Origin: Myxococcota bacterium
GTDB lineage: Bacteria; Myxococcota_A; UBA9160; SZUA-336
Length of the DNA: 64,000 nucleotides
Reading direction: 5' to 3'
NCBI GenBank assembly: GCA_965247115.1
Contig: CBDFGR010000003.1
Location: 1,344,001 to 1,408,000 of the forward strand
This document shows positions 17,972-27,943 of the stretch, in pieces; positions within the stretch are counted from its first letter, which is position 1; the number at the start of each line of letters is the position of its first letter. Under the pieces are notes generated by a model. The model did not search any database. It was given only the letters and a program-made list of their open reading frames with translations, and was not told the origin of the DNA. Both the position numbers and the translations under genes were made by a program.

Positions 17972-20713
17972 CTAGCCGCAGCCCCCGGTCTCGCCGCACG
18001 TTGGGCAGGTGTAGCAGCTGCCTGCCCGGAACATGATCGTGCCACAGCTCGCGCACGGCGGCGCATCCTCTTGACCACCCAGACGGGTAGGCTCGCCGAC
18101 GCTGCCTCCGCGGATCGGCACGACGCGATCTGCTGGACTGCGGAGCCCGACCTCCTCCGCTTCCGTCTCCTGCGTATCTACCGATACCGCCTCGCCCTGC
18201 AGGAAGGTAAGGCCGAGCCAGCGGAACACGTAGTCGGTGACGGACTTCGCGATCGGAATGTCGGAGCTCTGCGTGAAGCCAGAAGGCTCGAAACGAGTGT
18301 GGCTGAACTTGTCGACAAGCGCCTTCAGCGGAACCCCGTACTGCAAGGCGATCGAGGTCATGATCGCGAACTGGTCCATCAGGCCCGAGATCGTCGACCC
18401 CTCCTTCGCCATCTTCAAGAACAGCTCGCCCGGCTGGCCGTTCTCATAGAGTCCGACCGTGATGTAGCCGTCGTGGCCTGCGATCGAGAACTTGTGAGTG
18501 ATCGCCTGACGGACATCGGGGAGCTTCCTGCGTCGCAGCTCCGGGTCCGCAGAGAGCTCGAGGGCCCCGGTCTCTTCCTTCAGCTCGTCGGCTTTCGTAC
18601 TCAGCGGCTGGGTCCGTTTCGAGCCGTCGCGATAGACGGCCAGTGACTTCAGACCGAGCTTCCAGGCCTCCGTGTAAGCCTCCTCGACGTCCGAGACGGC
18701 GCACTCCTTTGGCATATTCACGGTCTTGGAGATGCCCCCGGACAGGAATGGCTGCGCCGAGGCCATCATCCGGATGTGGCCCAAGTAGTGAATCGAGCGC
18801 TCGCCCCGCGCGGAGACGAAGGCGCAGTCGAAGATGGGCAGATGCCTGTCCTCGAGGAACGGGGCTCCCTCGATCGTGTCGTTCTCGTCGATGTACTCGG
18901 CAATCGCTGCGATCTGGACGTCGCTGTAGCCGTGATTCCGCAGCGCCACCGACACCGTCCGGTTCGCGATCTTGAGCACCCCGCCGCCGACGAGCTGCTT
19001 GTACTTGACTAGCGCGATGTCAGGCTCGATCCCGGTCGTGTCGCAGTCCATCATGAACGCGATCGTTCCCGTCGGCGCGATGACCGTCACCTGGGCGTTG
19101 CGATACCCGTGCGCCCGTCCGAGCTCGAGCGCCTCGTCCCACGACTGGCGTGCCGCGACCTGCAGGTCAACGGGCACTCCCTCGGAGTCCAGCCGGCCCG
19201 CGTACTCGGCGTGGAGGCCGATCACCTCGAGGAAGGGAACGCGGTTCTTGTGGTACTCGGCGAAGGGTCCCGTGCGTCGCGCGATCTCGGCCGAGCGTCG
19301 GTAGGCGCGCCCGCTCATGAGCGAGGTCACCGCTCCACAGAGGTTTCTGCCCTCGCGGCTATCGTAGGCGAGGCCGTTCAACATGATGAAAGCGCCCAGG
19401 TTCGCGTAGCCCAGCCCGAGCGGTCGCAGCGCATGGCTGTTCTTGGCGATCTTAGACGTGGGGTAGTCCGCGAAGTCGACGATGATCTCCATGGCGAGGA
19501 TCAGCACGTCGACCGCCTGCACGAAGTCCTCCACGAGGAAGCGGCCCCGCTCGTCTGCGAACTTGAGCAGGTTCAGCGAGGCAAGATTACAGGCCGTATC
19601 GTCGAGGAAAATGAACTCGCTGCAGGGATTCGTCGCGTTGATGCGGCCGCTGTTCTTGACCGGATTCCAGCGGTTGATGGTCGTGTCGTACTGCAGGCCT
19701 GGGTCCCCGCAGACGTGCGCGGCCTCCGCGATCTCACGGATCACATCGCGCGCCTGATAGGTGTGGACGACCTCTCCGGTGGTCACCGCGCGCGTCTGCC
19801 AGGTGGCATCGCTCGCGATCGCCTTCATGAAGCCGTCCGAGACGCGAACGGAGTGGTTCGCGTTCTGGTACTGGATGGAGTCGTACGCGCCTCCCGGCAC
19901 GTTGAAGCGCCCGTCGTAGCCCGCGTCGATCAGCGTCCAGGCCTTTTGCTCCTCGCCGGCCTTGCAGCGCACGAAGTCGAGAATGTCGGGGTGATCGGCG
20001 TTCAGGATCACCATCTTCGCTGCGCGACGTGTCTTCCCGCCCGATCGAATCACCCCAGCAAACGAGTCGAAGCCCTTCATGAAGGACACCGGGCCGCTGG
20101 CCATACCTCCGCCGGTGAGCGGCTCGACGGAGCTGCGAACGTAGGAGAGGTTCGTCCCTGTGCCCGAACCTCCCTTGAAGAGCATGGCCTCGACCCGTGC
20201 GAGATCCATGATCGAGCCCATGTCGTCTTCTACAGAGTTGATGAAGCAGGCGCTGGCCTGCTGCGGGACCATGCGGCCGTCGGGCTCGACCACGCCCAGG
20301 TTGAACCAGACGGGGGAGTTGAAGCAGGCCTTCTGGTGCAGGAGCACGTGCGTGAGCTCATCCGAGAAGGTCTCTTCCTGCTCCGGGCTCGCGAAGTAGT
20401 CGCCCTCACGACCCCAATCACGAAGCGTCTTGACGACTCGACCGATCAGCTGCCGAACGCTGTGCTCGCGCTGCGGGCTCCCGAGGTGTCCGCGGAAGTA
20501 CTTGGAGGCCACGATGTTGGTGGCCAGGGGTGACCAGCTCTCGGGAACCTCGACGCCTTCTTGCTCGAAGACCGGCTCGCCGTCATCTCCCTGGATGCGG
20601 GCCGTTCGCAGCTCCCATTTGGCGCTCTCGTAAACGTCCTGATCCGGTCGCGTGAAGTGTCTTCGAAGCCCGATTTCCTCCGCCCCTTCGCCGTACCTCA
20701 AGCTTTCTGCCAC
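17972..20713 (-). CDS. nrdJ: Class II (adenosylcobalamin-dependent) ribonucleotide reductase
   Basis: FNSPVWFN, QQASACFI, TRRAAKM, TNPCSEF, IAPTGTI, ISKTVNMP, C-terminal TSCPD-like domain and Zn ribbon. Confidence 0.95.
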   Translation of the reverse strand: MAESLRYGEGAEEIGLRRHFTRPDQDVYESAKWELRTARIQGDDGEPVFEQEGVEVPESWSPLATNIVASKYFRGHLGSPQREHSVRQLIGRVVKTLRDWGREGDYFASPEQEETFSDELTHVLLHQKACFNSPVWFNLGVVEPDGRMVPQQASACFINSVEDDMGSIMDLARVEAMLFKGGSGTGTNLSYVRSSVEPLTGGGMASGPVSFMKGFDSFAGVIRSGGKTRRAAKMVILNADHPDILDFVRCKAGEEQKAWTLIDAGYDGRFNVPGGAYDSIQYQNANHSVRVSDGFMKAIASDATWQTRAVTTGEVVHTYQARDVIREIAEAAHVCGDPGLQYDTTINRWNPVKNSGRINATNPCSEFIFLDDTACNLASLNLLKFADERGRFLVEDFVQAVDVLILAMEIIVDFADYPTSKIAKNSHALRPLGLGYANLGAFIMLNGLAYDSREGRNLCGAVTSLMSGRAYRRSAEIARRTGPFAEYHKNRVPFLEVIGLHAEYAGRLDSEGVPVDLQVAARQSWDEALELGRAHGYRNAQVTVIAPTGTIAFMMDCDTTGIEPDIALVKYKQLVGGGVLKIANRTVSVALRNHGYSDVQIAAIAEYIDENDTIEGAPFLEDRHLPIFDCAFVSARGERSIHYLGHIRMMASAQPFLSGGISKTVNMPKECAVSDVEEAYTEAWKLGLKSLAVYRDGSKRTQPLSTKADELKEETGALELSADPELRRRKLPDVRQAITHKFSIAGHDGYITVGLYENGQPGELFLKMAKEGSTISGLMDQFAIMTSIALQYGVPLKALVDKFSHTRFEPSGFTQSSDIPIAKSVTDYVFRWLGLTFLQGEAVSVDTQETEAEEVGLRSPADRVVPIRGGSVGEPTRLGGQEDAPPCASCGTIMFRAGSCYTCPTCGETGGCG

Positions 20714-20943
20714 ACCAAGCTTCCTCAGCCCCTCCTCATCTCCAGGTCCGGAGACTCGAGTATCAGAAAGAATCTGGGGGTCAAGGAGAGGCTCTGAACC
20801 TCAGAGCCCCCGGGCTGGCGACCTCCTCCAGGCTCACCGCCCGCTCCCCTCTTGCCGCCCGTAGCCCCCCCTGGCTGCATGAGAGAATCCTTGAGTCCCA
20901 ACGATGGTTGTAGTTCTCGCCGTCCAAAGGGTCAACCGTTGGT

Positions 20944-20990
20944 GCACAATATCTTGCGGTTCCAAATCCTGGACCTCCAAGATATTGAGT
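20944..20990. promoter_or_regulatory. Tandem NrdR boxes upstream of nrdJ
   Basis: GCACAATATCTTGCGG (20944-20959) and CTCCAAGATATTGAGT (20975-20990), 31 bp apart; both fit the acaCwAtATaTwGtgt consensus; a TTGACC -35 is adjacent on the minus strand. Confidence 0.8.
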
Positions 20991-21163
20991 TAGTTGGGGT
21001 TTCTAGGCCAGCTTCCGCTTGGAGCGAGACGGGGCTCAGGTTCCGAACCGGCCCGGTCGCCGCAGGGGTCCGCACAACCTATTGAAAAAGCAGGCGTTTC
21101 GTGACCGCTGACCCCGTTCTGGAGTCAGCGTGTAGACTGGCCGCACCTCGGGGAGGTCTCGCT

Positions 21164-21991
21164 GTGGAGAAGCTCGTCTCGGGCTATGGATTAATCGAAG
21201 GACCGCGGGTCGACCAGCAGGGGAACCTCTACTTCAGCGACGTGACAAACGGCGGGGTCTTCGTGCGCCGGCCCGATGGTCAGCTCGAGACCGTGGTGCC
21301 GAAGCGCCGCGGCGTCGGGGGCATCGCGCTGCACGCCGACGGCGGGCTCGTCATCTCGGGACGCAACATCTGCCACGTGAAGGACGGCAAGACGCGGGTG
21401 CTCTTCGACCGCGAGGACATCCCGAGCTTCAATGACCTGTACACCGACGCCGAGGGCCGCGTGTACGCGGGCAGCCTGCGCCAAGATCCCTTCTCCGAGT
21501 CCGGGCCGCGCACGGCCGGGGAGATGTATCGCATCGACGCGGAAGGGAAGGCGGTCGAGCTGTATGGAGACGTCGCGCTGACCAACGGGATCGGCTTCTC
21601 GCCCGACGGCCGCCGGCTCTACCACTCGGACTCGGCACGGCGACACATCATCGTGCACCGCGTGGCAGCCGACGGCACGGTGAGCGAGCGCAGAGTATTT
21701 GTGGAGCTCGAGCGGGGAGCGCCGGACGGGCTGGCCGTCGACGAAGAAGGAGGCGTCTGGACGGCGGCGGTCGGTGCGGGCTGCCTCATGCGCTTCGATC
21801 CGGATGGGAAGCTCGATCGTGTCGTCGAGGTCCCGGCCAAGACCGTCACCAGCCTGTGTTTTGCTTTGGACGATCCTAGAGTCATCTACATCGCGACGGC
21901 CGACAACACGCAGGATCCCGAGCTCAAGGGCTGCGTCTTCCGCGTGCGGGGATCGGTTGCCGGGTTGCGCGCACCGCGTGCACGGATTTGA
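21164..21991 (+). CDS. SMP-30/gluconolactonase family protein
   Basis: EGP, FND, NGIGFSPDG, PDGLAVD motifs. Confidence 0.9.
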   Translation: MEKLVSGYGLIEGPRVDQQGNLYFSDVTNGGVFVRRPDGQLETVVPKRRGVGGIALHADGGLVISGRNICHVKDGKTRVLFDREDIPSFNDLYTDAEGRVYAGSLRQDPFSESGPRTAGEMYRIDAEGKAVELYGDVALTNGIGFSPDGRRLYHSDSARRHIIVHRVAADGTVSERRVFVELERGAPDGLAVDEEGGVWTAAVGAGCLMRFDPDGKLDRVVEVPAKTVTSLCFALDDPRVIYIATADNTQDPELKGCVFRVRGSVAGLRAPRARI

Positions 21992-22616
21992 GCACGTCTT
22001 CGACGCGGAGCTGCGAGAGCGCATCACCACACACCTCGAACGCCATGAGCGCCGCGGCCACCAGGACTCGACCAAGAGGCGAGCGGCCGTCGCGATCGTG
22101 CTCGTCCCGGATGCCGAAAACGAGGCGAGCTTCGTCATCACGCGCCGCGCCGAGACGCTCAGCGCGCACGGAGGACAGTGGGCAATCCCAGGAGGACGGG
22201 TCGATGCGGGCGAGAGCCCCGAACAGACAGCCCTGCGAGAGCTCCGGGAGGAGGTGGGACTGCGCCTTCCCGAGGCGAACGTGCTCGGGCTGCTCGACGA
22301 TTACCCGACGCGCTCGGGGTACGTGATCACTCCCGTCGTGGTCTGGGGCGATCGTGCGGGAGAGCTCGCTCCGAACCCGGCCGAGGTCGCCAAAGCCTAC
22401 GTCGTTCCGCTGCAGGCGCTGGATCTGCCGCAGATCCCCCAGCTGCGCGCCATCCCGGAGAGCGACCGGCCCGTGCTGTCCCTACCTATAGACGTGCTGG
22501 GAGTCAATGTGCACGCCCCTACCGCGGCGGTCCTGTTCCAGCTGCGAGAGGTGGCGGTGCACGGCAGGCCCACGCGGGTGGACCACTTCGAGCAGCCCGT
22601 CTTCGCCTGGCGTTGA
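21978..22616 (+). CDS. NUDIX hydrolase (CoA pyrophosphatase-like)
   Basis: HGGQWAIPGGRVDAGESPEQTALRELREEVG, NPAEV. Confidence 0.9.
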   Translation: MHGFEHVFDAELRERITTHLERHERRGHQDSTKRRAAVAIVLVPDAENEASFVITRRAETLSAHGGQWAIPGGRVDAGESPEQTALRELREEVGLRLPEANVLGLLDDYPTRSGYVITPVVVWGDRAGELAPNPAEVAKAYVVPLQALDLPQIPQLRAIPESDRPVLSLPIDVLGVNVHAPTAAVLFQLREVAVHGRPTRVDHFEQPVFAWR

Positions 22617-22665
22617 GCCCCGCGCCAGGGTGCGGAGGGAGGGCAGCTCCCGTACCCTGCGCACG

Positions 22666-24462
22666 ATGACGGGGGAAGCGAGTGGGGTCCGCGCCTGCTA
22701 CCAGGATCGGCTCGAGGCGCGCCGCGCGGCCGTTACCGAGCGAGGCGCGCGCGCGCGCTGGCTCGCGAACACACGGCTCGCTGTGTTCGCGCTGGGCGTC
22801 GCACTGGTGGCGCTGGCCTTTCAGAACGGGAGCTACGTATGGGCGGCAGCCGCCGCCGCCGTCCTGTTCGTCGGGCTCGTGCTCGCCCACGACTCTGCAA
22901 AACGGCAGCTCCTGCGCGCCGAACGCGCGGCGGACTGGTACCAGCGCGCCCTGGACCGTCTCGATTACCACTTCGAGGGCCGCGGTCACAGCGGCGACCG
23001 CTTTCTCGATCCGGATCATCCCTACGGAACGCACCTGGACCTGTTCGGGCGGGGCTCGCTCTTCGAGTTCCTGAGCCTGGCTCACACCGCTGCCGGGGAG
23101 GAGACCCTGGCGCGCTGGCTATTGCAGCCCGCCTCTGCTGACGAGGTTCGAGCCCGCCAGTCCGCCGTCCTCGAGCTGCGTCCCTCGCTCGACCTGCGTG
23201 AGGAGCTCGCGAAGCTCGGTCCGGAGTTTCGTGAGGGGCTGCATCCGGAGCAGCTCGTGGACTGGGGCAACGGGCCCCCCATCCTGGAGCCACGGACCGG
23301 ACTGCGGATCTCAGCTCTGGCGCTTCCATGCGCCGGCGGCCTGGCAGCGTGCGCCGCGATCTTTGCCGGGGCCGGCATCCTGCCCCTGCTGGCGGTCCTC
23401 GCGCTGCAGGTCGGCTGGGCGCTGCTCTTGCGCCGACGCGTCGCACAGGTGCTCCGGGCAGTCGAACGCCCGGCCCGCGAGCTCGCGCGCCTGGTCGGTC
23501 TGCTGGAGCTCCTGGAGTCGGAGCGCTTCTCAGCGCCCCGACTCGTGGAGCTGCGAGCCGCGCTCGACACGGAGGGGATCGCCCCGTCGCGCCAGGTCGC
23601 ACGGCTGGGCCGACTCGTCACCCTGCTCGACTCGCGCAGAAATCAGCTCTTCGCGCTGGTCGCGCCCCTGCTGCTCTGGGGGACCCAGCTCGCCCTTGCG
23701 CTCGAGCGCTGGCGGCTCGTCTGCGGGCCGCGCCTGGCAGAGTGGATCCAGACGGTCGGGGATTTCGAAGCGCTCTCTGATCTGGCGAGCTACGCGTACG
23801 AGCACCCTGACGACCCATTCCCGGAGATCCGCTCCGAGGGCCCATACCTGGAGGCGGAAGGATTGGGCCACCCGCTCCTCTCTGCAGAAGTCTGCGTGCG
23901 CAACAATCTCCGTCTCGACCCGGAGCTCGCGCTGCTCGTCGTCAGCGGCTCCAACATGTCGGGCAAGAGCACACTCCTGCGCAGCGTCGGGAGCAGCGTC
24001 GTGATGGGGCTCGCCGGCGCCCCCGTGCGTGCGCGGCGACTGTGCCTCTCGCCGCTCTCCCTTGGCGCGTCGCTGCGGATCCAGGACTCGCTGCTCGACG
24101 GCAAGTCGCGCTTCTACGCCGAGATCACCTGCCTGAAAGGCATCGTGGCCCAGGCGGACAACGGCCCACCGCTCCTGTTCCTGCTGGACGAGATCCTCCA
24201 GGGCACGAACTCGCACGATCGTCGCATCGGCGCGACCGAGCTCGTGAGAGGCCTCGTGAACCGCGGCGCCCTCGGCCTCATCACGACCCACGACCTGGCG
24301 CTCACCGAGATGGTCGACGAGCTCGCCCCGCGCGCCCGCAACACCCATTTCGAAGACCAGCTCGTCGACGGCCAGATGTCCTTCGACTACAAGCTCCGCG
24401 AAGGAGTCGTCACCCGCGGCAACGCCCTATCCCTCATGCGCGCCGTCGGCCTCGACGTCTAA
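22666..24462 (+). CDS. Membrane-anchored MutS-related ATPase (domain V)
   Basis: TM segments, LDLFGRGSLF, GSNMSGKSTLLR, SRFYAE, LLDEILQGTNS, ITTHDL. Confidence 0.88.
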   Translation: MTGEASGVRACYQDRLEARRAAVTERGARARWLANTRLAVFALGVALVALAFQNGSYVWAAAAAAVLFVGLVLAHDSAKRQLLRAERAADWYQRALDRLDYHFEGRGHSGDRFLDPDHPYGTHLDLFGRGSLFEFLSLAHTAAGEETLARWLLQPASADEVRARQSAVLELRPSLDLREELAKLGPEFREGLHPEQLVDWGNGPPILEPRTGLRISALALPCAGGLAACAAIFAGAGILPLLAVLALQVGWALLLRRRVAQVLRAVERPARELARLVGLLELLESERFSAPRLVELRAALDTEGIAPSRQVARLGRLVTLLDSRRNQLFALVAPLLLWGTQLALALERWRLVCGPRLAEWIQTVGDFEALSDLASYAYEHPDDPFPEIRSEGPYLEAEGLGHPLLSAEVCVRNNLRLDPELALLVVSGSNMSGKSTLLRSVGSSVVMGLAGAPVRARRLCLSPLSLGASLRIQDSLLDGKSRFYAEITCLKGIVAQADNGPPLLFLLDEILQGTNSHDRRIGATELVRGLVNRGALGLITTHDLALTEMVDELAPRARNTHFEDQLVDGQMSFDYKLREGVVTRGNALSLMRAVGLDV

Positions 24463-24514
24463 AACTTACCTAGGAGATAACTTGGGGACCCCAAGTTATC
24501 TCCTAGGTAAGTTT
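24462..24514. repeat. 53-bp perfect palindrome between convergent genes
   Basis: AAACTTACCTAGGAGATAACTTGGGG-A-CCCCAAGTTATCTCCTAGGTAAGTTT (26-bp arms). Confidence 0.9.
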
Positions 24515-25192
24515 CTCGAGGTAGGTGAGGCGGAGGCCGGCGCCTTCGGGGAGCTTGTAGCGGGAGTTGATGCCGATCAGCAGCGCGGTGAGCTGCTCGA
24601 CGTAGCGGGCGTTGTAGAGGGGGCCGCCGTCGATGGCCCGGGCTCCGGGGATGTCGTCGCATAGGGCGCTCACGCGGCTGCGCCCTTCCTTCGCTCCGGA
24701 GATGATGACGTCGCACTCGACAGGGTTGTCGACGTCGAGCAGCCGGTGCGCGGCCACGTTCTGGAAGGCAGAGATTACGTGGACACCCTTCGGGGCCAGG
24801 CCCTGACACAGCTCGGCGCACGAGCCCTGCGAGACGCCGATCACGCGGCCAGGGACGTCCCCGATCGAGGTCGCAAGCGGGACGCCCATCGAGACCAGCA
24901 CCGTTCCCGGCGAGAGCTCATCACGGATGCTCTTGACTGTGCTCGCCGTGTGCTCGAACGGGACCGACACGATGACGATGCCGTCCTTGGCTGCGCGCGT
25001 AGCCTCTGGGTTCTCGAAGCCTCGGACGTCCGCGTCCTGGAACTTCGCCAGCACCTCTTTCTCCGCATCCAGCGCGCGGTCGGCCCGACGGCTTCCGATC
25101 CGGACTGAGCGCCCGGCCGCCGCAAAGCGGTAGGCCAGCCCGAGACCCTGCTCGCCAGTTCCGCCCAGAATCGCCACCACTTCTTTCGACAT
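24503..25192 (-). CDS. npdG: NADPH-dependent F420 reductase
   Basis: ILGGTGEQGLGLA, IGSR, SAFQNVAA, IDGGPLYNARYVE. Confidence 0.88.
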   Translation of the reverse strand: MSKEVVAILGGTGEQGLGLAYRFAAAGRSVRIGSRRADRALDAEKEVLAKFQDADVRGFENPEATRAAKDGIVIVSVPFEHTASTVKSIRDELSPGTVLVSMGVPLATSIGDVPGRVIGVSQGSCAELCQGLAPKGVHVISAFQNVAAHRLLDVDNPVECDVIISGAKEGRSRVSALCDDIPGARAIDGGPLYNARYVEQLTALLIGINSRYKLPEGAGLRLTYLEKLT

Positions 25193-25272
25193 CTCCATCC
25201 CTTCGTGTGCCCCCTGCCGCGGTCCTCGCTCCGGAGCAGCGGATCCTAGCAGAGGTGAGCTACCCTCACGGC

Positions 25273-25587
25273 GTGAGCGAGCCCGCGACGCCCACGGCTA
25301 TCAACCAGGCCGGCCCAGACACCCTGCAGATCGTCTGGAACGACGGGCACGACAGCCTCTATTCGGTGCGCGCGTTGCGGCTCGCGTGTCGCTGCGCGCA
25401 CTGTGTGGAAGAGGGCACCGGCCGCCCGCTGCTCGACGAGACCAACGTGCCCCTGGACGTCCGACCCGTGCAGATCTCTCCCGTCGGTCGGTACGCGATT
25501 CAGTTCACCTGGAGCGACGGTCACGACACCGGCATCCACACGTTCGAGTACCTCCGCAGCCTCTGCCCCTGCTGTGCACCGTGTTGA
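25273..25587 (+). CDS. DUF971 / GBBH-like N-terminal domain protein
   Basis: WNDGH, LRLACRCAHC, VGRYAI, WSDGHDTGIHTFEYLR. Confidence 0.88.
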   Translation: MSEPATPTAINQAGPDTLQIVWNDGHDSLYSVRALRLACRCAHCVEEGTGRPLLDETNVPLDVRPVQISPVGRYAIQFTWSDGHDTGIHTFEYLRSLCPCCAPC

Positions 25588-26909
25588 ACCTGCTGGAGTG
25601 GGCCGAGCGGTTCATCTCCACGCCCTCGGTCTCGGCGGACGGCAACACGGAGATCGCCGCAAGGGCGTGCGAGCTCCTTGCTGAGATCGGCCTCGAGGCG
25701 CGACGCGAGCCCACGCAGGTCGACGGGGTGCTCCACGAGACCGTCATCGCCGACCTGGGGCCGCGCGGCGCGGATGGTCTGCTGCTCTTGACCCACCTGG
25801 ACACGGTGCCTCCCGGAGATCCCGAGGCCTGGACGTCGACGGGCTCGGACCCTTGGAAACCGACCCGCGAAGAGGATCGGCTCTACGGCCTTGGCTCCGC
25901 CGACGCCAAGGTCGACTTCGTCTGCAAGGTGGTCGGACTGGCCGGGGTGGACCGCGCGAGAATCGGACGACCCGTGCGCGTGATCGGGAGCTTCGGCGAG
26001 GAGGTCGGACTGCTCGGTGCTCGCTGGCTGATCGACCACGGTCTGGCCGAGGGATTCCGCTACGCGCTCGTCGGTGAGCCCTCAGAGCTGGTGGCCATTC
26101 ACGCCCACAAGGGTCGCAGGGTCTACGAAGCGCGCATCCCCCTCGAGCCCCTCGGCGAGGTCGCCGGACGTGTGGAAAGTCAGAGCTTCGCCGGACGCTC
26201 GGCGCACTCGAGCTCTCCGCAGCTGGGTGCGAACGCAATCGACGCCGCCCTCGGCAGGCTCGCGCGCAGCGACGTGGTCGGGCTCGTGGACGTCGATGGT
26301 GGCGAGGCCGTCAACAAGGTTCCAGAGCGCTGCGCGCTGGAGCTGCTCGTGGAGGACGTCGGAGCGAGCGCCGCTGCCAGCGCATGGCGCGTGGCGCCGT
26401 TGCTGCGCTTCCACGCGGCCCTGCAGGGGATGCTGCAGAAGCTCACGAAGCGCCGCGACCCAAGCTTCGATCCGGATCACAGCGTGGGCAGCCTCGGTCG
26501 GGCAAGACTGCGCAACGGCATGGTCATACTCGAGTTCGATCTGCGGCCGATCCCCGGTATCGACGTGGACGAGGCCGTCGCCCCACTGCGGGAGCTGGCG
26601 GAGCTCGAGTGCTTGCGCGTCAACCCGCCGCTCTCCACCTCGCTCGACTCGCCGCTGGTGAGTGCCGTCTGCGCAGCGCAAGAGTCCCTTGGCCTCGGGC
26701 GTCGCATCGGCACCAAGGCGACGTGTACGGAGGCGGGAATCCTGTCGGACTCCGGCCTCGACGCGCTCGTCATCGGACCGGGGACCTCGGTCGGTAACGT
26801 GCACCGTCCCAACGAGTACACGCGGGTGAGTCAGCTGGAGCAGGCCGGAGCGCTCTATCGGCACGTCGTGTCCACGTTCTGCGTCCAGGAGGCCGACGCA
26901 TGTTCCTGA
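25581..26909 (+). CDS. M20 family deacylase (ArgE/DapE-like)
   Basis: THLDTV, GLGSADAK, GEEVG, GEPS, TEAG, HRPNE. Confidence 0.88.
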   Translation: MLNLLEWAERFISTPSVSADGNTEIAARACELLAEIGLEARREPTQVDGVLHETVIADLGPRGADGLLLLTHLDTVPPGDPEAWTSTGSDPWKPTREEDRLYGLGSADAKVDFVCKVVGLAGVDRARIGRPVRVIGSFGEEVGLLGARWLIDHGLAEGFRYALVGEPSELVAIHAHKGRRVYEARIPLEPLGEVAGRVESQSFAGRSAHSSSPQLGANAIDAALGRLARSDVVGLVDVDGGEAVNKVPERCALELLVEDVGASAAASAWRVAPLLRFHAALQGMLQKLTKRRDPSFDPDHSVGSLGRARLRNGMVILEFDLRPIPGIDVDEAVAPLRELAELECLRVNPPLSTSLDSPLVSAVCAAQESLGLGRRIGTKATCTEAGILSDSGLDALVIGPGTSVGNVHRPNEYTRVSQLEQAGALYRHVVSTFCVQEADACS

Positions 26910-27943
26910 TGAGGCCTGCAGGACCCGACGACCTCGCTGCCATCCTCGTGCTGGCGCAGTACCTCGACAGCCCGAATCTTCCGGCAGACGAGGGATTCTT
27001 GAGCGCGCGGCTCGAACGCTCGGAAGTGTCCTTCGCGCGACTCGGTCCGCCCTGTGCGGAGCGCGAGTACCAGTTCGCGTTAGAAGACGAGACGAAGGGC
27101 GTCGTGGGCACATGCGTCATCCTGGCGAAGCACGGAACTGTGCAGATGCCACACCTGTTTCTGCGCGTGCGCGAAGAAGAGCGCCGCTCGAAGAGCGTCG
27201 GCGTGTGCGTCAAGCATGTCACGCTCCAGCTCGGGGCCTCACGCGACGGCCCCACCGAGCTCGGCGCGCTCATCCTGCACCCGGACCTTCGCGGTCGAGC
27301 AGGGCAGCCGGGCAAGCTGCTCTCGTGGGGTCGCTTCGCGTTCATCGCCCGCCACCCCGAAGCCTTCGAGGCTACGGTACTGGCCGAGATGCGAGCGGCC
27401 ATCGACGCGCAGGGCCGGAGCGCGTTCTGGGACGCCTTCGGCCGCCACTTCACTGGAATGTCCTACGTAGATGCCGATCGGCTGAGTGCGACCGAGAAGA
27501 GCTTCATCCTGGACCTGTTCCCAGACACGCCGTTCTACGCGGCCCTGCTGGACGAGCCAGCAGCGAGAGAGCTCGGCCAGGTGCACGATGAGGCCTTTCC
27601 AGCTCTGCGCCTGCTGGAGAAGGCGGGGCTGCGCTGGATCGGCGAGATAGACCCCTTCGACGGCGGGCCCTTCGTCGGAGCCGCCGTGTCGGAGATCGTT
27701 CCGGTCCGCGAGAGCGTCACCGGACGGCTCGGGACGGGGTGTCCGCCCGAGGGCGCTCGCCCCGCCATCGTGTCCACCGAGGAAGCCGGGTCGTTCCGAG
27801 CGACGATTGCGCCCGCGCTTTCGGATGGGATCGAGATCTGCCTGTCCAACGAGGCGCGCAAGCGCCTCGAGCTGCGCGCCGGTGAAGAGGTAACGAGCAC
27901 ACCTCTTCCACCACCGAGCCCAAGAGGGAATGGGAATGGCTGA
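26900..27943 (+). CDS. astA: Arginine N-succinyltransferase
   Basis: NLPAD, TELGALILHP, LLSWGRFAFI, AEMR, SAFWD.FG.HF, DPFDGGP. Confidence 0.9.
   Translation: MFLMRPAGPDDLAAILVLAQYLDSPNLPADEGFLSARLERSEVSFARLGPPCAEREYQFALEDETKGVVGTCVILAKHGTVQMPHLFLRVREEERRSKSVGVCVKHVTLQLGASRDGPTELGALILHPDLRGRAGQPGKLLSWGRFAFIARHPEAFEATVLAEMRAAIDAQGRSAFWDAFGRHFTGMSYVDADRLSATEKSFILDLFPDTPFYAALLDEPAARELGQVHDEAFPALRLLEKAGLRWIGEIDPFDGGPFVGAAVSEIVPVRESVTGRLGTGCPPEGARPAIVSTEEAGSFRATIAPALSDGIEICLSNEARKRLELRAGEEVTSTPLPPPSPRGNGNG

Noticed and set aside
20714..21100. Cobalamin riboswitch upstream of nrdJ
   Set aside because: No B12-box motifs recognised; NrdR boxes explain the conserved signal
22666..24462. Mismatch-repair mutS
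   Set aside because: Lacks the mismatch-binding domains and has TM segments; it is a MutS-related family, so no symbol was given
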